Shown here in pieces: positions 1-12,100 of a DNA stretch of 64,000 nt. Source of the stretch: Raillietiella orientalis (taxonomy: Eukaryota); assembly GCA_036172245.1 (NCBI GenBank), contig JAYWIR010000024.1, positions 2,914,001 to 2,978,000 of the forward strand. The letters run 5' to 3'. The notes below the pieces were generated by a model. That model was not told the DNA's origin. It worked only from the letters and a program-made list of their open reading frames with translations, and searched no databases. Position 1 is the first letter of the stretch, and each line of letters starts with the position of its first letter. Both the position numbers and the translations under genes were made by a program.

Positions 1-399
1 AGAGGCGAAGAAAGGGAGGAGGAAGAGGAAGGATCTTCCCTGTTGGGCTGGCACCATCAGACGGCGCGTGCAGCGCACGGGACAGAAAGAGTGGGGGGGG
101 AGGAGAGAGAGTGAGTTAGTCAGTCTTTCGGGCACATTTGGCTCCTCAATCGCACTGCGAGGACAACTTTGGCGGTCGTTTTCAAGCACTGCGGGCAGGC
201 ATCATCATCTTGGGGGAGTTTCGCGGCGCCCATGACGACGGAGGCGGCGACCTGAGTAGATCCACGAGCCCGGAAATCGCGCTCACCCAGCTGCTCCGGG
301 GTGGATCGGAAGTGAAAGAAGGGGGAAAGGAAGGAGCTCATTTTCAGCCTCGGCTGGTTGCGACCGGTAACGAACTGGTCGTTGGCGCACCGCGAGAGC

Positions 400-1290
400 G
401 AGAGTCGGTCCTCTCAATCTGCACGGAGCTCCTTCTACCCTGCGGGGGAATTTCGCGCGGGTATTTTGTTGCGTCAGTGGGACCGTCGCCCCCCTCCCCC
501 TTCCCCCCGGAAGGCAGTGCCATCTCGCTGGCTTGGGCCGATGTTCTAAGAGCATCCACTGCCTGGAGGGAGATCACTCCGAGCAACGGCCCCGACGCCG
601 CCGTGCGAGGGATCGTTAGAGCACTTCCCCTCGTCCTTCGTCCACCCCTACCCCAAAACCCCTTTTCGCGGGAGGGAACCTCGCGCGCATTGTCGAACGC
701 CCACGAGTTTCTCCCCCCCCCCACGTGACCTTAGAAAACACGCCTGCTGCTCCCTCCAGAGATAGAACCGCCGCTGGAAGAGGCTGTGCGTCTGCCGCCG
801 GCATCCGCGCGCGCGCGCGCGCGCGGAGGATGAGGAGCCGAGCAATTCGGCGTGACGAGAAGGCGAACGGAGCACCATGGGGGCGGAGGTCAGGTGCTCC
901 CGAGCTGCAAGGGCAGAGCGGAGGAGGGAGGGAGGACTACGTGGAGAAAGGAGGGTGGATGGGCACGGGGTGTCATCCTCTTCCTTCTGTTCTGCCTGTT
1001 CCCGTGGTACCTGGCTCCTCACCCCCCCCGCGCTCACGTTGGCAGCTAGCGAGCATCCCCGTTGCTGCCTTCCCGCGAAGACCCCCCGGTGGACGCAACT
1101 CCCAGAAGCGATCGGCATCACCGAGCCGAGCTGCGCAATCTCGCGAGGAAGAGCGCTGCCTTCTCCCCATTTCCCCCCTCTTGTTCCAGTGCTTGGAGGG
1201 AGGATGAGGGTGTTGGTTAGGTGGCGACTCCGTCCAAAGTGGAGGGTGGTGAGGCGCACTGTTTCCTTGGAGGCGGCGCCAGTGGATCCC
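400..1290 (-). mobile_element. Decayed Vingi/ingi-like LINE, 3' fragment (probably in a CLCA intron)
   Basis: - strand remnants in order: TNTLIL..TGT..KWG...LPREIA (cf. RNNIL.KL.GT.WGA..LR), FLRSR (cf. RLKSR), QW.LLEHR...RWHC (cf. W..LNRLR.G.GRC). By-eye comparison to a recalled family consensus. Confidence 0.4.
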
Positions 1291-1315
1291 TTCTTCACTT
1301 TTTTTTTTCCTTCAG

Positions 1316-4300
1316 CTGATTTTCTCGGAGACTTCCCGCCTGTTGCTGGAGACGACAGATGGGAGGCTGTTCTTCCGGAACATCAGCATCCTCCTGCCAT
1401 CTGCGTGGTCCCTGAAGCACTGCCCGCGCCCGCCCGGAGGCATTGGGAGATCCACCCTCGAGCACGCGGCGGACGCCGACTTCCGGGTCGGCAAACCGGA
1501 CGCCATCTATGGCGATCATTTGTGGACCAAGCAGGTACTCGGCTGCAGGGAACCGGGACGCTTCGTCCGGATGGGTATGGCCTTCCTGGACGTGGAGAAT
1601 GGCTCTTCCTCTGTCGTCAGGGTCAAAGGTGAGCCCGCGGTTTTCCCCCCGCCCTGCCTACCCTTTTTCTCTCGCAGCGCGCGCCCTGGTGCACGAGTGG
1701 ATCAAGTACCGGTTCGGGGTGTTCGAGGAGAACGGTTTCCCGGACGACCCGCTGTACCCAGCCGACAGGAGCGTTGCCCGCGGAGCGGACCCGCTCCAGG
1801 GGTCGTCGAGGTGACTGTGGCGCTGTCCCATTCCAGCTCTGACACTCTCCGTCCGCGCAGGAATCTCACCGTCCCGGGAAACTTCACGGCGGTGGAAAGC
1901 GGCGATGCGACGTACGCGAGACTGGGACCCACGAAGCAGAACGCCTTGTGCGGCTGGAGAAGCGTCATGGAGGTGGTCAGGGGGAGCCAGGACTACCGCA
2001 GCGCCGGCCTCTTGTCGACCCCGCATCCAGGCCCCTCCCCTTCGGCTCCCCACGACACGTGAGTGTTGCCGCAAGAGGGCGGCACGCTCGGCTCGGAACC
2101 GAACCGTACTGACCTTTCCCCTCCTCCTCGCGCCTCCTCCGCTGTCCAGGTTGGCGGCAAACGGAGTCCAGCGTCTCCTTCCCACTCACTTCAGAATTGT
2201 CCACGACGTGGGTCAGAGGATCGTCTTCCTGCTGGATAGGTCGAAGGCCATGAGCTCCAATGTAAGCAGCCGCTCTCCCCCAGTCGGCTTGACCTAACCG
2301 GGCCCACCCTTTTCTTCTTCCCCCCCTCCTCCCATCCAGGATCGCTACCTCTTCGTGCAAGGGGCGATGAAAGAGTTCTTCAAGGGCGTCCCGGAGGGTA
2401 CTTTCGTAGGCATCGTCCTCTATGCGGAGCGCGTGGACGAGGTGCTGCCGCTGACCCCTGTCAACGACGCCAACCGGAACAGCTTCGAGGACGAGATGGA
2501 CCGGTCCGCCAGCCAGGCCGACCGGCGCTCCCTCCTGGAAGCGGTGAAGAGGGGGCTGCAGGTACGCCGCGCTCTTCCCGACCTGGCTTCCTCTAACCTT
2601 CTTCCCTCCCCATTCTCCCAGATGCTGCGTGACGAGGCCGAAGGGAGCGACCTGGTGCTGCTGACCTCCGACCCGAGGCGGCCGGACGATCTCACCGCCA
2701 TCTCCCACCTGCTCCTCCGATCCCACGCGCGCCTCTCCGTCGTCAGCTATCCGCAGAACGCGTTCCCGGGTTTCCGGGACCTCGTGACCCGGACGGGCGG
2801 CCGCACGTTCCTCGTCCGGGAGCGGGTCGCCGAGGACCAGGGTCATATCTCCAACATGGTCTCCCTCGCGGATGCCTTCTTGTCCGTGGTGAAGGGGACA
2901 CCCGCCACCGGGGAGAAGGTGAGAGCTCCCCTCCACGCAGGGAAGAGCGTCTCACCAGCCGCCGCTCCCGTTCCTGCAGGTCTACCAGAGGGACAAGACA
3001 CAGGAGCGAGGGGAGCGTGAAGTGCGCGGCGAGTTTTTGTTGGACGCGTCCGTGGAGCGCGCCACCTTCGCCATCTACTACTACTACAAGCTGTTTCTGG
3101 CACCACACTCCATCCGGCTGATCAGCCCCAGCGGTCAAGTGTTGACCAACCTCGAGACTTCCGTAGGCCTGAAGCTCATCCGCATCACGCGGCCGCAGGT
3201 GAGGGGGGAAGAGAATGGGAGCGGGGAATTAGGGGAGGACTCTGCAGCATGCAGACCTCCCCCTTCCCCCCCCCCCTCTCCGCCCTCGGCAACTCCCTCG
3301 CTGACTACCTCTCCCTTCCTGCAGCCCGGCAGGTGGACGTACGCGTTCGTGTCCACGGCCCCTCCCCCTCAGGGTACGGTGGTGCAGGTGCGCTCCCAGG
3401 GTCGCACCGACGAGTCCATCCGGCTGCGCACGTGGACCAACTGGGACGATGACGTCAGCAGCGACCCGGCGGTCAAGCCACTCGTGATATGCGGGGAGGC
3501 GTTGCTGGGCGACAAGCCCCTCGTGGGTGCGCGCCTTGTGGCTACCGTGGAGTTCCTGGGCGCTGCTCAGGACCAGCAGCTCGTCCACACGCTGACCCTG
3601 ACGGACGATGGGAGGGGAGGTGCGTGCCCGCGCCCCTCGGACGCTCTCATCCCCTCCCTCTTTCTTTCCCTTCCTGCACAGATCCCGACGTTCAGCAGGG
3701 AGACGGCGTGTACTGCAACTACTTCACCAACTTCGTGACCGTTCCCGGACAGTACCGTTACGCCCTGATGCTGACGAGCATGGTCGGGATGACGTCCGCG
3801 GTGTCCAGATCCTCTGCGGACTTCTTCATCCCGCGCACCGTAGCCAGCGCGGCTGGTGAGTTATCACCCTGGGAGGGAGGGGGGGGGAAGGGGAATGGTG
3901 GTAACCGAGTCCACCCCTTCCTCCCCTCCCTTGCTTCCCCAACACACCCTTGACCCCCCTTTTCTCTTTCTCTCACTTCCTCGGTTTCCAGGTAGCGCCC
4001 CTGTGTGTTGCGGCAGCCAGCTGCCTAAGGGCCACTTCTCGCTGCCCGTCTCCCACGTGGAGAGGGTCGTTTCCGGTCCGAGCCTGACAGTTGCCTCGCC
4101 ACCGCCTCTGCACGCCGACGTCTACCCCCCAGGCAGGATCCTCGACCTGTCGGCCGAGGTGGAAGAGGGAGAAGAGGGCGCCAGCGACCCGGAAGCCGCC
4201 GTCCTCGTGCTCCGGTGGACCGCGCCGGGAGGCAACTTCAACTTCGGAAGAGGTGAGGAAAGGAGCATTGCCGAAGGTAGCCCTTCACACCCATCGCACC

Positions 4301-5322
4301 CTCCAGCGACCCGCTACGAGATCCGCTTCTCGGCCGACGCACACCAGTTGGTCCAGGACCCTTCCAGCACTGCTCAGCTGCGGAAGTATTTCGAACCGCA
4401 GGCCTCCGGGACGCGGGAGGTGGTCAGGGCGAACGTGGACCACCACGAGGAGCTCCAGCGAGGGCGCACCTACTACCTGGGGGTGCGGGCCGCGGACCGC
4501 GCCAGTGTGGGGCCCCTGTCCAACCTCGCCAGGGTTTCCCTGCCGCCCCCACCCACGCCCAGACCCACCGTCCAGCAGCCTGCCGCCGCTGCTTCGCGGA
4601 CTCCTTCGGAGGCGGCGGCGGGCGGCGATGGCAGCGCGCCACCCCTGCGGGACACCGCAGTGTCCGTGAAGCTGCGCAACCGCCTTGGGGGATTCTCTCT
4701 GCTCGAGGTGGTGGCCATCGTGGCCGGCTGCGTCTTCCTGCTGGCGTGCAGCGCGATTTCCTTCGTCTGGTACCACTGGCGCCGGAGGCGTCGCCACAAG
4801 GACGGTCCCCAGGACCGGAAGCGCACTGTCACCATCTTGACGCACCCCTCGCCGCCTCCGGCGCCGGCGCTGCTGCCATCGTCCGACACCTGCGCCGACC
4901 CGGTGTCCTGGCCGGCCAGTGTCCTCCTAGAGGAGCACGAGAAGAGGAGGAGCTACGCCAAGGAGGACCTCTATCGGTGCGGTGCTGGCCTCCCCCCTCG
5001 GAGTGGCGGGAAGCCTCCCCACCAGCACCCCTATTCCAACGCCGTCCCGTCAGACGCGGACCACGCGGCGGGCGGAGGAGGGGATGAACTTTTTCTCCGC
5101 CTCGGCCACCGCAGGAGCACCCCCTCCCCGAGGACGTCCTCCGACCCCAGCGATTCCGGGCTGTCCCTCGGCTCGGACGTCGCGCAGTCGCCCAGGAACG
5201 GGGCGGCCAAGTGCCCCCCTCCCCCTCTTCTGCCCAAGCCCTCTCTGCACGTGGGCTTCCGCCAATCAGTGAGCTCCCTGGAGGCGACGGACAGACGCGT
5301 GCGCAACATCACGCAGGTCTGA
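1316..5322 (+). CDS. CLCA: CLCA-family (calcium-activated chloride channel regulator-like) single-pass membrane protein; multi-exon, 5'-partial
   Basis: Manual splice model, all GT-AG and phase-consistent: join(1316-1628,1678-1810,1861-2058,2150-2261,2340-2561,2622-2918,2980-3198,3325-3619,3682-3855,3992-4252,4307-5322) = 3240 nt, 1079 aa + TGA. Introns are 49-136 nt. CLCA motifs occur in order: RLFFRNISILLPSAW, ADFRV..D..WTKQ..GC.EPG, LVHEWIKYRFGVFEE, PTKQNALC..RSVMEVV..S.DY, VWA (RIVFLLDRS, FVGIV, LVLLTSD, TGGRTF), PGRWTY, DDGRGDPD...GDGVY..YFT, CCGS, FN3 (DVYPPGRILDL, LRWTAPG, YEIRFS). TM helix ~4708-4779 is followed by RRRRRHK; the protein ends NITQV. Signal-peptide exon not found. Confidence 0.93.
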
Positions 5323-5849
5323 CTGCGGAAGAGGGCCGGCGGGCAGAGGAGCCTTGGCAGGCCCACTCTTCCCCCGCCCTCGTTCTAGTCGATTCCCCCC
5401 CCCCCTGCGCCCACTTGCGGGCGCCGCTGACCCTCCTGCGTTCTCGGTGCAGCAGCGATCCTTGTTGTGGCGTTACGCGTAGGCGCCGCCAGGAGCAGCC
5501 CTGACCGCCGGCGGGCGAAGGCAGAGGCTGCAGGGGGAGGAGAGAGAGAGGTGGACGGTCGCTCCCGGCAACGCATCTCGGCCTGTCAACCGGCCCTTGG
5601 AAACGCGATGAACGGACAGCACGGAGAGGCGGCTGCCGCCGCCGCTGCCGCATTCTCCTGGCACCATCCGCCCGCCCCTCCAGCTAGGAGGAGCCCGGCG
5701 GCCCATCCAACGCTTTCTGTTCCCCCACCACCACCACATTCTTAACCCTGTTCAGGAAGGAGGAGAGAGCGCTCCACTCCATGCACGGTGGCGAACCCGG
5801 CGTCTCCAGCCCTCCCGCCGCCTGCCACGACTACGGCGACCTTTGGGTT

Positions 5850-7650
5850 CCCTTCGTCCCAGATTCCCAAACGTGACTACCCAAGGGAGCTCCCTGGGGC
5901 GCGGTCCAGCAGCTTCCCTACTTTGCAGGAGCTACCAGGAGAGAGCAGCTCTCACTTCCTCCCAGGCAGTGGCAATTCCCGAATCGCCGGTGCCACCCGT
6001 CTGCCAGTTTCCTGAAGTTTTCGAACTTCCCCCTACCCCTTTTTTTTTTTACCCTCCGCTCCGCCCGGTGGTCCCGCGACAGGAGACTTCATCCCGACGG
6101 GACGGAACATCCACTACGCACTCAACTCGGCCTACTTCACTCCGCTCGCGACGCTTTTCCCTGCGTCCGGCGGAGAGGGCGCCAGAGGCAAAAGGAGACG
6201 ACAATAAATGCGGGAGCGGAACTCCTTGGAGGCACTGCAAGGAAGGGGGAAGGGGGAGACCTTCGAGAGGTGATCCATGGGCGGCTCAGTTTGCTTCCTA
6301 AGCGAGCATATGCATCTGGAACGGGCCCAGAAGGAAGGCCCTTGTACCAAGCGACCCGGACCGCTGCCTAGTCCCCTGCGGGTGGAAGGCGCGATAACGC
6401 CTCTGCTGCTGCCACCTAGCGTTTGGAAAGCGCGCGCGACGCTCCAGGCCCGTCGAACCGCTTTCCCTTCCAGGAACTCTTGCAGGGTCGCTTCACCTTC
6501 CCGGTGGAAGCCGCCGGTCTCCCTCTGAGGGATGAGGGAAAGGGAGATGCTTGGCTGAGGTTGCCCTTCCGCAGTTTCGACGCGGCTTGGCGTCTGAGCC
6601 CTCCGCTCACTTTGTTGGGGCGAGGGTAGCCAGACGCCCGCGGCTTACGCTCGTCGCGCAAACTGTGGCCGGCGCGTGCCCGCGTGGCACTTGGTCAGTA
6701 GGTCTCGTGTGGCATGTCCGCATGTTTCCGGGACTGGCGGCTCCCGGGCCGAGCAGCCCCGGTGTTCCGCCTGCCCGTGACGACTGTCCGACGAGTCCAA
6801 TGCTGACCGGCTTGCGGGATCGCACGACCACCCCCTTCAGAGCTCGTCTTCAAGTTGCCAAGGTGGAGACACCGGTCAACAAGGTCATCTCCAGATCGAC
6901 TGCTGTCTGAAGTCCAGTTGCCGCGGCTCCTCTCTGCGGACGTGGGGCGCGTGCGGTCGAGACTATCAGAGGGACCACGGTGCCGTCGTCAGCTCTCGGG
7001 CAATACTCACTTCTCTGCCCTCTGGTTGACCCTTCGGGGCAAAAAGGTCGGCACATTGGACGCGAGAGATCCTGGGGCAGGGATGTCGCCGTCTCATCAT
7101 CTCCCACCAGCGTCACCCTGCGTTAACTCAGTGATACGAGGCTCCCTCCGTATTCCAGAAAGTTGCCGCCGTCCTCGGGAAACGGTGCTACATTCCCCGA
7201 ACGCCCGAGGGGGGAAGCTGCTGCTGCCGCCGATTGCGTCCAGCTTCGTCGTCTGGTCAATGGCCCCTGCGGCGTGACCAGCACATCCTGGCTTCGCTCA
7301 TCGTGGAACGTTCCATCATGCGCCTCTCCCTGGGATGCGTACACAGTTCCTGGTTCCCCGGGAGGCTTCGCCGTTACGTGGATCCCACGATCTTATGGAG
7401 TCCAAGCTCGGACCATGTACCTCCGGAGCGCCTCAGTGTTTCGAACCGCGCAGCAGACGTCCAGGATGGGGGTCCACCCTGGGAGAGTTGGAAGGTCCTG
7501 CCGAAGGTTAGAGTGGACTGGTCACCCACGCCACCGGTTCTTATCTTTGGCGCACGCCATACGAGCTGCGATGCGCACGGAACCTCAGCAGCATAGTGTG
7601 ACCTCTACTTCTGGTGCCCACTGGGCTAGCTCGTGCGCCCCCTGCTTGCA
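5850..7650 (+). mobile_element. Decayed Vingi/ingi-like LINE (RT + C-terminus)
   Basis: Frameshifted remnants in order: IPKRDYPRELPG (cf. IPRG...YIPG), ctctgctgctgccacct (cf. SLLCHL), PVEAAG (cf. PEQAGF), tccgcctgcccgtgacgactgtc (cf. SAAYDTV), RWR, IMRLSLGCV (cf. MR.ISGCL), PWESWKVLPKVR (cf. W..W..LNRLR), terminal C..WCPL. Confidence 0.5.
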
Positions 7651-7930
7651 AGATGGGCGTAGCTTGGAGGGAACCGGAGGCGAAACCGCCTTCGGGAGCA
7701 GCAGCTTTCGCATCCCGCGAGAGCCGAAGAACGGGGAATTTTCGGGAAATCACACAAAAGCTCGCCCTTGAACGCCAACGGTCTCGCGCCCAGACCCGAC
7801 ACTCTGGATGAGCTTTAAGGGCGCCAGAGGACAACCACGCGCTCCTCCTCCGGCAATCTTCGGCCCGCCGAAGGGGCGCGCTGTTGCACCGCAACTCCGA
7901 AAGCACCCGGTCTCCTCTCTCCCACGGGCA

Positions 7931-9122
7931 ACTCGCGCCTCCCTTTGGCTCACCTTAAGACGACGCACGCCCTTCTCCGCCACGCACGCCAGCGGACGCT
8001 GCCCCGACGGGCTTGCCCTCCCACGCGCCCCACAACTACCCTCCCGCGCCTGTGCGGCCGCATGCACCCTTCGCGCTTCCCCACCCCGGCGCCCTCCGAC
8101 GCTCTTCCGCCTCCTTTCATTCCGTCTCGGGGCTGGCGCGCCTCTTCCCGCGAAGCGCGACCGCGCCGACAGAAGAGGGAGAGAAAGAGAGGTCCGGGTG
8201 TCGAAAAACCGCGACATCCGCAGCCTCCCGGCCCGTTTCCGCCGCGCAGGGGCAGAGCAAGTCCGCTTGCGAAACTCACGCGCACGCCCCCTTCTCCGCC
8301 TCCTCCCCTCTCTCCTCCTCCGGAGGTCCCGAGAGCACCGCGCGCGGAAGCCATTGCATTAATCGACCCTGGAAGCGGCGGCAGCGAAGAACGGGAGGAA
8401 CAGGATGCTGCGCTCCGACCGCGATGCGCGCGTCTCTTCTCGCCTTCCTCCTCCTCCTCCTCCTCCTTTCCGTCCTTCCCACCCCCCACGCACGCACGCG
8501 CGAGCCCTTCCCCGAGCCGAAGCGCGCCCGCGCCGCCCGCCCGCCCCACCCTCGCACCCCGAGCGGCGGTGGCGGCGAGGTAGTTCCGAGAGCAGCGCGC
8601 AGATGGCGCTGGGACGCCGGATCTCTCGCAGCCGGCCGGCCAGCCTCTGCCTGCCTTCCTCCCTTCCCCGACGATCCATTTCTCTTCGTCATCCCTTCCG
8701 CCCCTCCCCTCTCCTCCCCCTTCGTCCGCCGGTACTTCTTCCGCATACGTGGATTGCAGGCTCCCTGTCGAAGTGGAAACCGAGCAGCACGAGTGCCCGC
8801 TGACGCGCGTAAATTACGGCAAGTGACAAACGGGCAAGCGGAGAGCACGGGCGTTCGTCCCAAGTCCCTGAACGCTCTTCGGGAGCCTTTTGTCATCTGC
8901 GATCCGGGATTTCGGTTTCTTTTCCTCCTCTTCCTCCTTCTTCTTCCTTCCGGTTTCTCCGGTGACGACGCTCGCGGGAAACGGCGGGAATCTCGTGACG
9001 GCGGTCCCCCCGCCTGTCGTCGGACGGGGACGGGAAGCGGCGCGCTCTTCCATCTAGCGGTCTCCGCGCGAACGAATCGGGTTCCGGGGGAAACCGGCAG
9101 ATCGAGCGAGTGTTTCGGCGCT
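7931..9122 (+). repeat. 1.19-kb direct duplication, copy 1
   Basis: Matches 12734-13925 at constant offset 4803 with no indel seen; about 11 substitutions counted by eye. Confidence 0.97.
8424..8579 (+). CDS. Candidate first coding exon encoding a signal peptide (copy 1); downstream exons not identified
   Basis: gcgATGC start; MRASLLAFLLLLLLLSVLPTPHARTREPFPEPKRARAARPPHPRTPSGGGGE, then GAG|gtagtt donor in phase 0. The leucine run is a (CTC)n repeat, so chance is possible. Confidence 0.35.
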
Positions 9123-12100
9123 GCTTTTCCTCGGCCACGGAAGACGCAGCCCACCTTGGCTTCTCAATGAACAAAGGACCTCACCAAAAAAAAAACACAG
9201 GCACGAAGGGACCATCACTACAAACACCCGTGCATGCATGCTCACCAAACTGGATCGCACGATTCCTCTGCGTGGTGCTGGGATGCAAGACACTCGTTCT
9301 TCCCTTGCAAATAACACGAGGCAGCCTCCTGAGTCGTTCGTACGCATGCAACTCGCTCAGTTGAAGAGGAAGCTCCCTCCGTCGCGACTCCTGGACCGCC
9401 TCGCACACTCGAAACCGCGCAGACGGGGCCACGCCTTTTCGAGCCGCCCCTCCGCTGCTGGTCTCCAAGGAGAGCCTCGAAGCAGGGCTGCAACCGATCT
9501 CGGGAACCAAAACACCAACCTCGGGCCTTGCCTCTGCGCCACTATTCGCCTTTTTCGGGCTCTCCCCTTCCATCCTTCAGCTCCGTGATCGTGGATCCCG
9601 TGCTGGGATGCACTCGCGGATGCTGTGAAAGATAAGCCCCTACCGAATACGACTGCCCGGTGGCGAGGGTGGTGTTCCGCTCTCCCTGCCCACTCCGGCC
9701 TCCGCGGTTCGATTCCCTCCGCAGCCGGGAATCCTCCCGGAACTTCCAAGTTCTTCCGGCCGCGCTCGGGCCGCCAACAACCCGCGAGGCGCAGTCGACC
9801 CACCTTCACCGGGGGCGGGGCTCAGCGACACGGTCGCAAGCTGGCAAGGGAAACGGAGAAACGACGTCTCCCGGGAAACCACCGGGCAGGGGAATGCTCG
9901 ATCCAGTTTTCCGGTCGCCCCAAGGTCATCCTTCCTCTCCCTCCTCCTCTTCCTCCTTAGCTCGAACTGCGTTCGTTCCCAGTGGCATCGTACACCTCCA
10001 CGCACGCACACCTCTGAAGGCACCATAAACGCTCCCCACTCGCTCTGATCCTTCAATGGGGCGCCTCCCCTCCTCCATCGCTGGTCCGCTGGGACTCGCT
10101 CGCCGCCCGACGCTCCACCAGCCAAGGCGAAGGCACACCGTCCGCTCCCCGAGACCCTCTCGCTTTGGGACCCATGAGGGTCTTCCCACTGCTCCCCCTT
10201 CGCTTCCCGCCGGCACCGAGCATCCCTCGAGAGAGGCTTCCACCGTGCGCGTTAGTGGCTCCCTGGATTGCCAAGGTTACCTACCCACCACGCCCCTGTG
10301 CTGCACCCTTTCTTTGAGGAGACTTTCGTTCCGGAATGACTCCCGCGAATTTCCGCTGCTTCTCGACGGGAGGGGGGGAGGGGGAAGTGACCCGACTCCC
10401 CCCCCTTCGTGGCAGAAGGCCACCGATTCCCTCCTCAACAGGGTCCCCCCTGGCCATTTCCTTCCTGGGGCGGAGTTTCCCCCTTCTACGGAGGACCGCT
10501 GGTTGACGCTGCGGCCAGGTGGAGCGTGTGGCGGCGACCTTAGCAACCCTGCCTCTTTTACCAGCTTTCCTTCTGACCAGCGGTGGGTCGACGACCTTCG
10601 GACGTCTTCGCTGCTCGACCCCGGAGGCGTTCGGAACGGCGCATCCTCTCCGGTGATCCCACGCTCATCCCCTCGTCCCTCCCTCCCCCTCGTTGCAGCA
10701 CCTCAGCCCAAGAAGGGAGAGGGCCGCAGCAGGCCGTGGCCATCTCCGCGCTCGAGGGAGGAAGCACCGACGCCCTCGGTTTTCATAGAGACCGGGACAG
10801 AGCGTTTCCGGGGTGGTTCCCCCTCCTTCCCCTGCTTCCCAGCTCGCGGGAAAAGGGCGGTCGGGCCAGACCCTCCGCTCGCGGGCTCTGTTCCGCCCGG
10901 TTCGAGCCGGCGGGAGCGAAGACCCCTCGAAGCCGCGCGGATGCCTGCCGGCGTACTCTTCCGGACCACCCCGGCCCTTCCCGCACCGCACCGCTCCGTG
11001 GCCCTCTTGGCGAATCCACGACCTCCCACATCCCAGAACTGTCAGGGTCTTCGCTGGGAAACCATCCTGCGTGGCTTTCCCGAACGTCCGGACGTGACTC
11101 CCGAGGGGCCGCGGCCGTCGCTCTCGTCCACCGGGAGTGGCGCAGGGCTCCCGGCGGAGGGGGGCGGAGTGACGCGCGGCCACCTCGCGGTGGTGCTTTT
11201 CGCACGCGCGCGCTCCCCCCTCGGCTTTCGCAAGAGGTACAGGGAGACCCTCGCGGGTAGAACCCGCCCTCAACGGTCGCGATGTCCGAGGGCGCGCCGC
11301 CACCGGCGCCACGTAGGCGCCGTCGATCTTCCGGAGACCCTCGGTCGCATCCAGCAGTGGCGGCCGGCAAGGTCGTCTATCCGGTCTCACCCCGCACGTC
11401 GGAGAAGCCGTCGAAGAGCGTGGCGGCAACCCCCCGCGGAGAAGTGGTCGCGCACCACCGCGCGCCGGACGGGGGGTTCGCGGCGATCGGCGCCGCAGAG
11501 GCGACGAAAAGGGCGAGGGGTCACAGGCGCGCGCGCGCGCTGAACCCCAGGACGCCCGCCGCCGCCTCAGCTGAAGAAAGGCTCTTGTAGCGCCGCCGCG
11601 CGGGAGGACGCCGAGTTCCCGCGCGCCCCCCCTACTAGGGGCGGCCCTCGGACAGAGCTGACCTCGAAGGTGTCCCGCTCGAGCGCCGGAGCCACCGTGC
11701 AGCCGGAGGGAGGTCTTCGTCGGCGGCCATCCTCGTCGGGTCACCCGTCCTCTTCGCCCCGTCGACCGCTGCCCGAGGTGCCTCTTCCCGCGGGGTCCTG
11801 AGCGAAGGTCGCGTGACGGCACGCCCACTTCGCTTTGGTGGACTCGCGACCTGGCTCTTGGCGACTCCGCCTCCGGTCAAGAAGGCACTCCCAGGAGAAA
11901 CCCTCCCTTTCTTCCTGGTTTTCCGCCCTCGGCCCCTGCAGTCCCTTCTCGTGGAGGAAGGAGCAGTGCCGGCCCTCTCCCGGATTCCGGGAATCCAGCC
12001 TCCGGGCGTCGACCACTCTGGTGTTCCTCGACCGCGACTGCGCTCTGTCCAGCGTCCTACTCCGCCTTCGAATTTAGTCACCGAGCCGTTTGCTGCCCGC

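Larger units (their letters stand above)
7680..9900 (+). mobile_element. Decayed Vingi/ingi-like LINE 3' half containing duplication copy 1
   Basis: AHLKTTHA at ~7948 (cf. FHLKNR.A); then, after a ~0.9-kb unrelated insert, AVSARTN..FGA (cf. KVSARNN..WGA), catgctcaccaaactggat (cf. HA.KLD), LCVVLGCKT (cf. CR..TGCL.PT), KLPPSR (cf. GIAPP.RR), WRGWCSAL. Confidence 0.45.

Noticed and set aside
120..1300. 5' exons of the CLCA gene or a separate gene
   Set aside because: No frame gives a convincing CLCA N-terminus; much of it reads as a - strand LINE relic. The first exon(s) probably lie upstream of the window.
9180..9560. - strand RT fragment (AYERL.., HACTG)
   Set aside because: The + strand gives a longer, correctly ordered motif series continuous with the repeat. 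This shows the false-positive risk of by-eye motif calls.
10056..11543. 495-aa ORF as a domesticated endonuclease
   Set aside because: Catalytic remnants fall in different frames, and the product is low-complexity Pro/Arg/Ser as expected from high GC.
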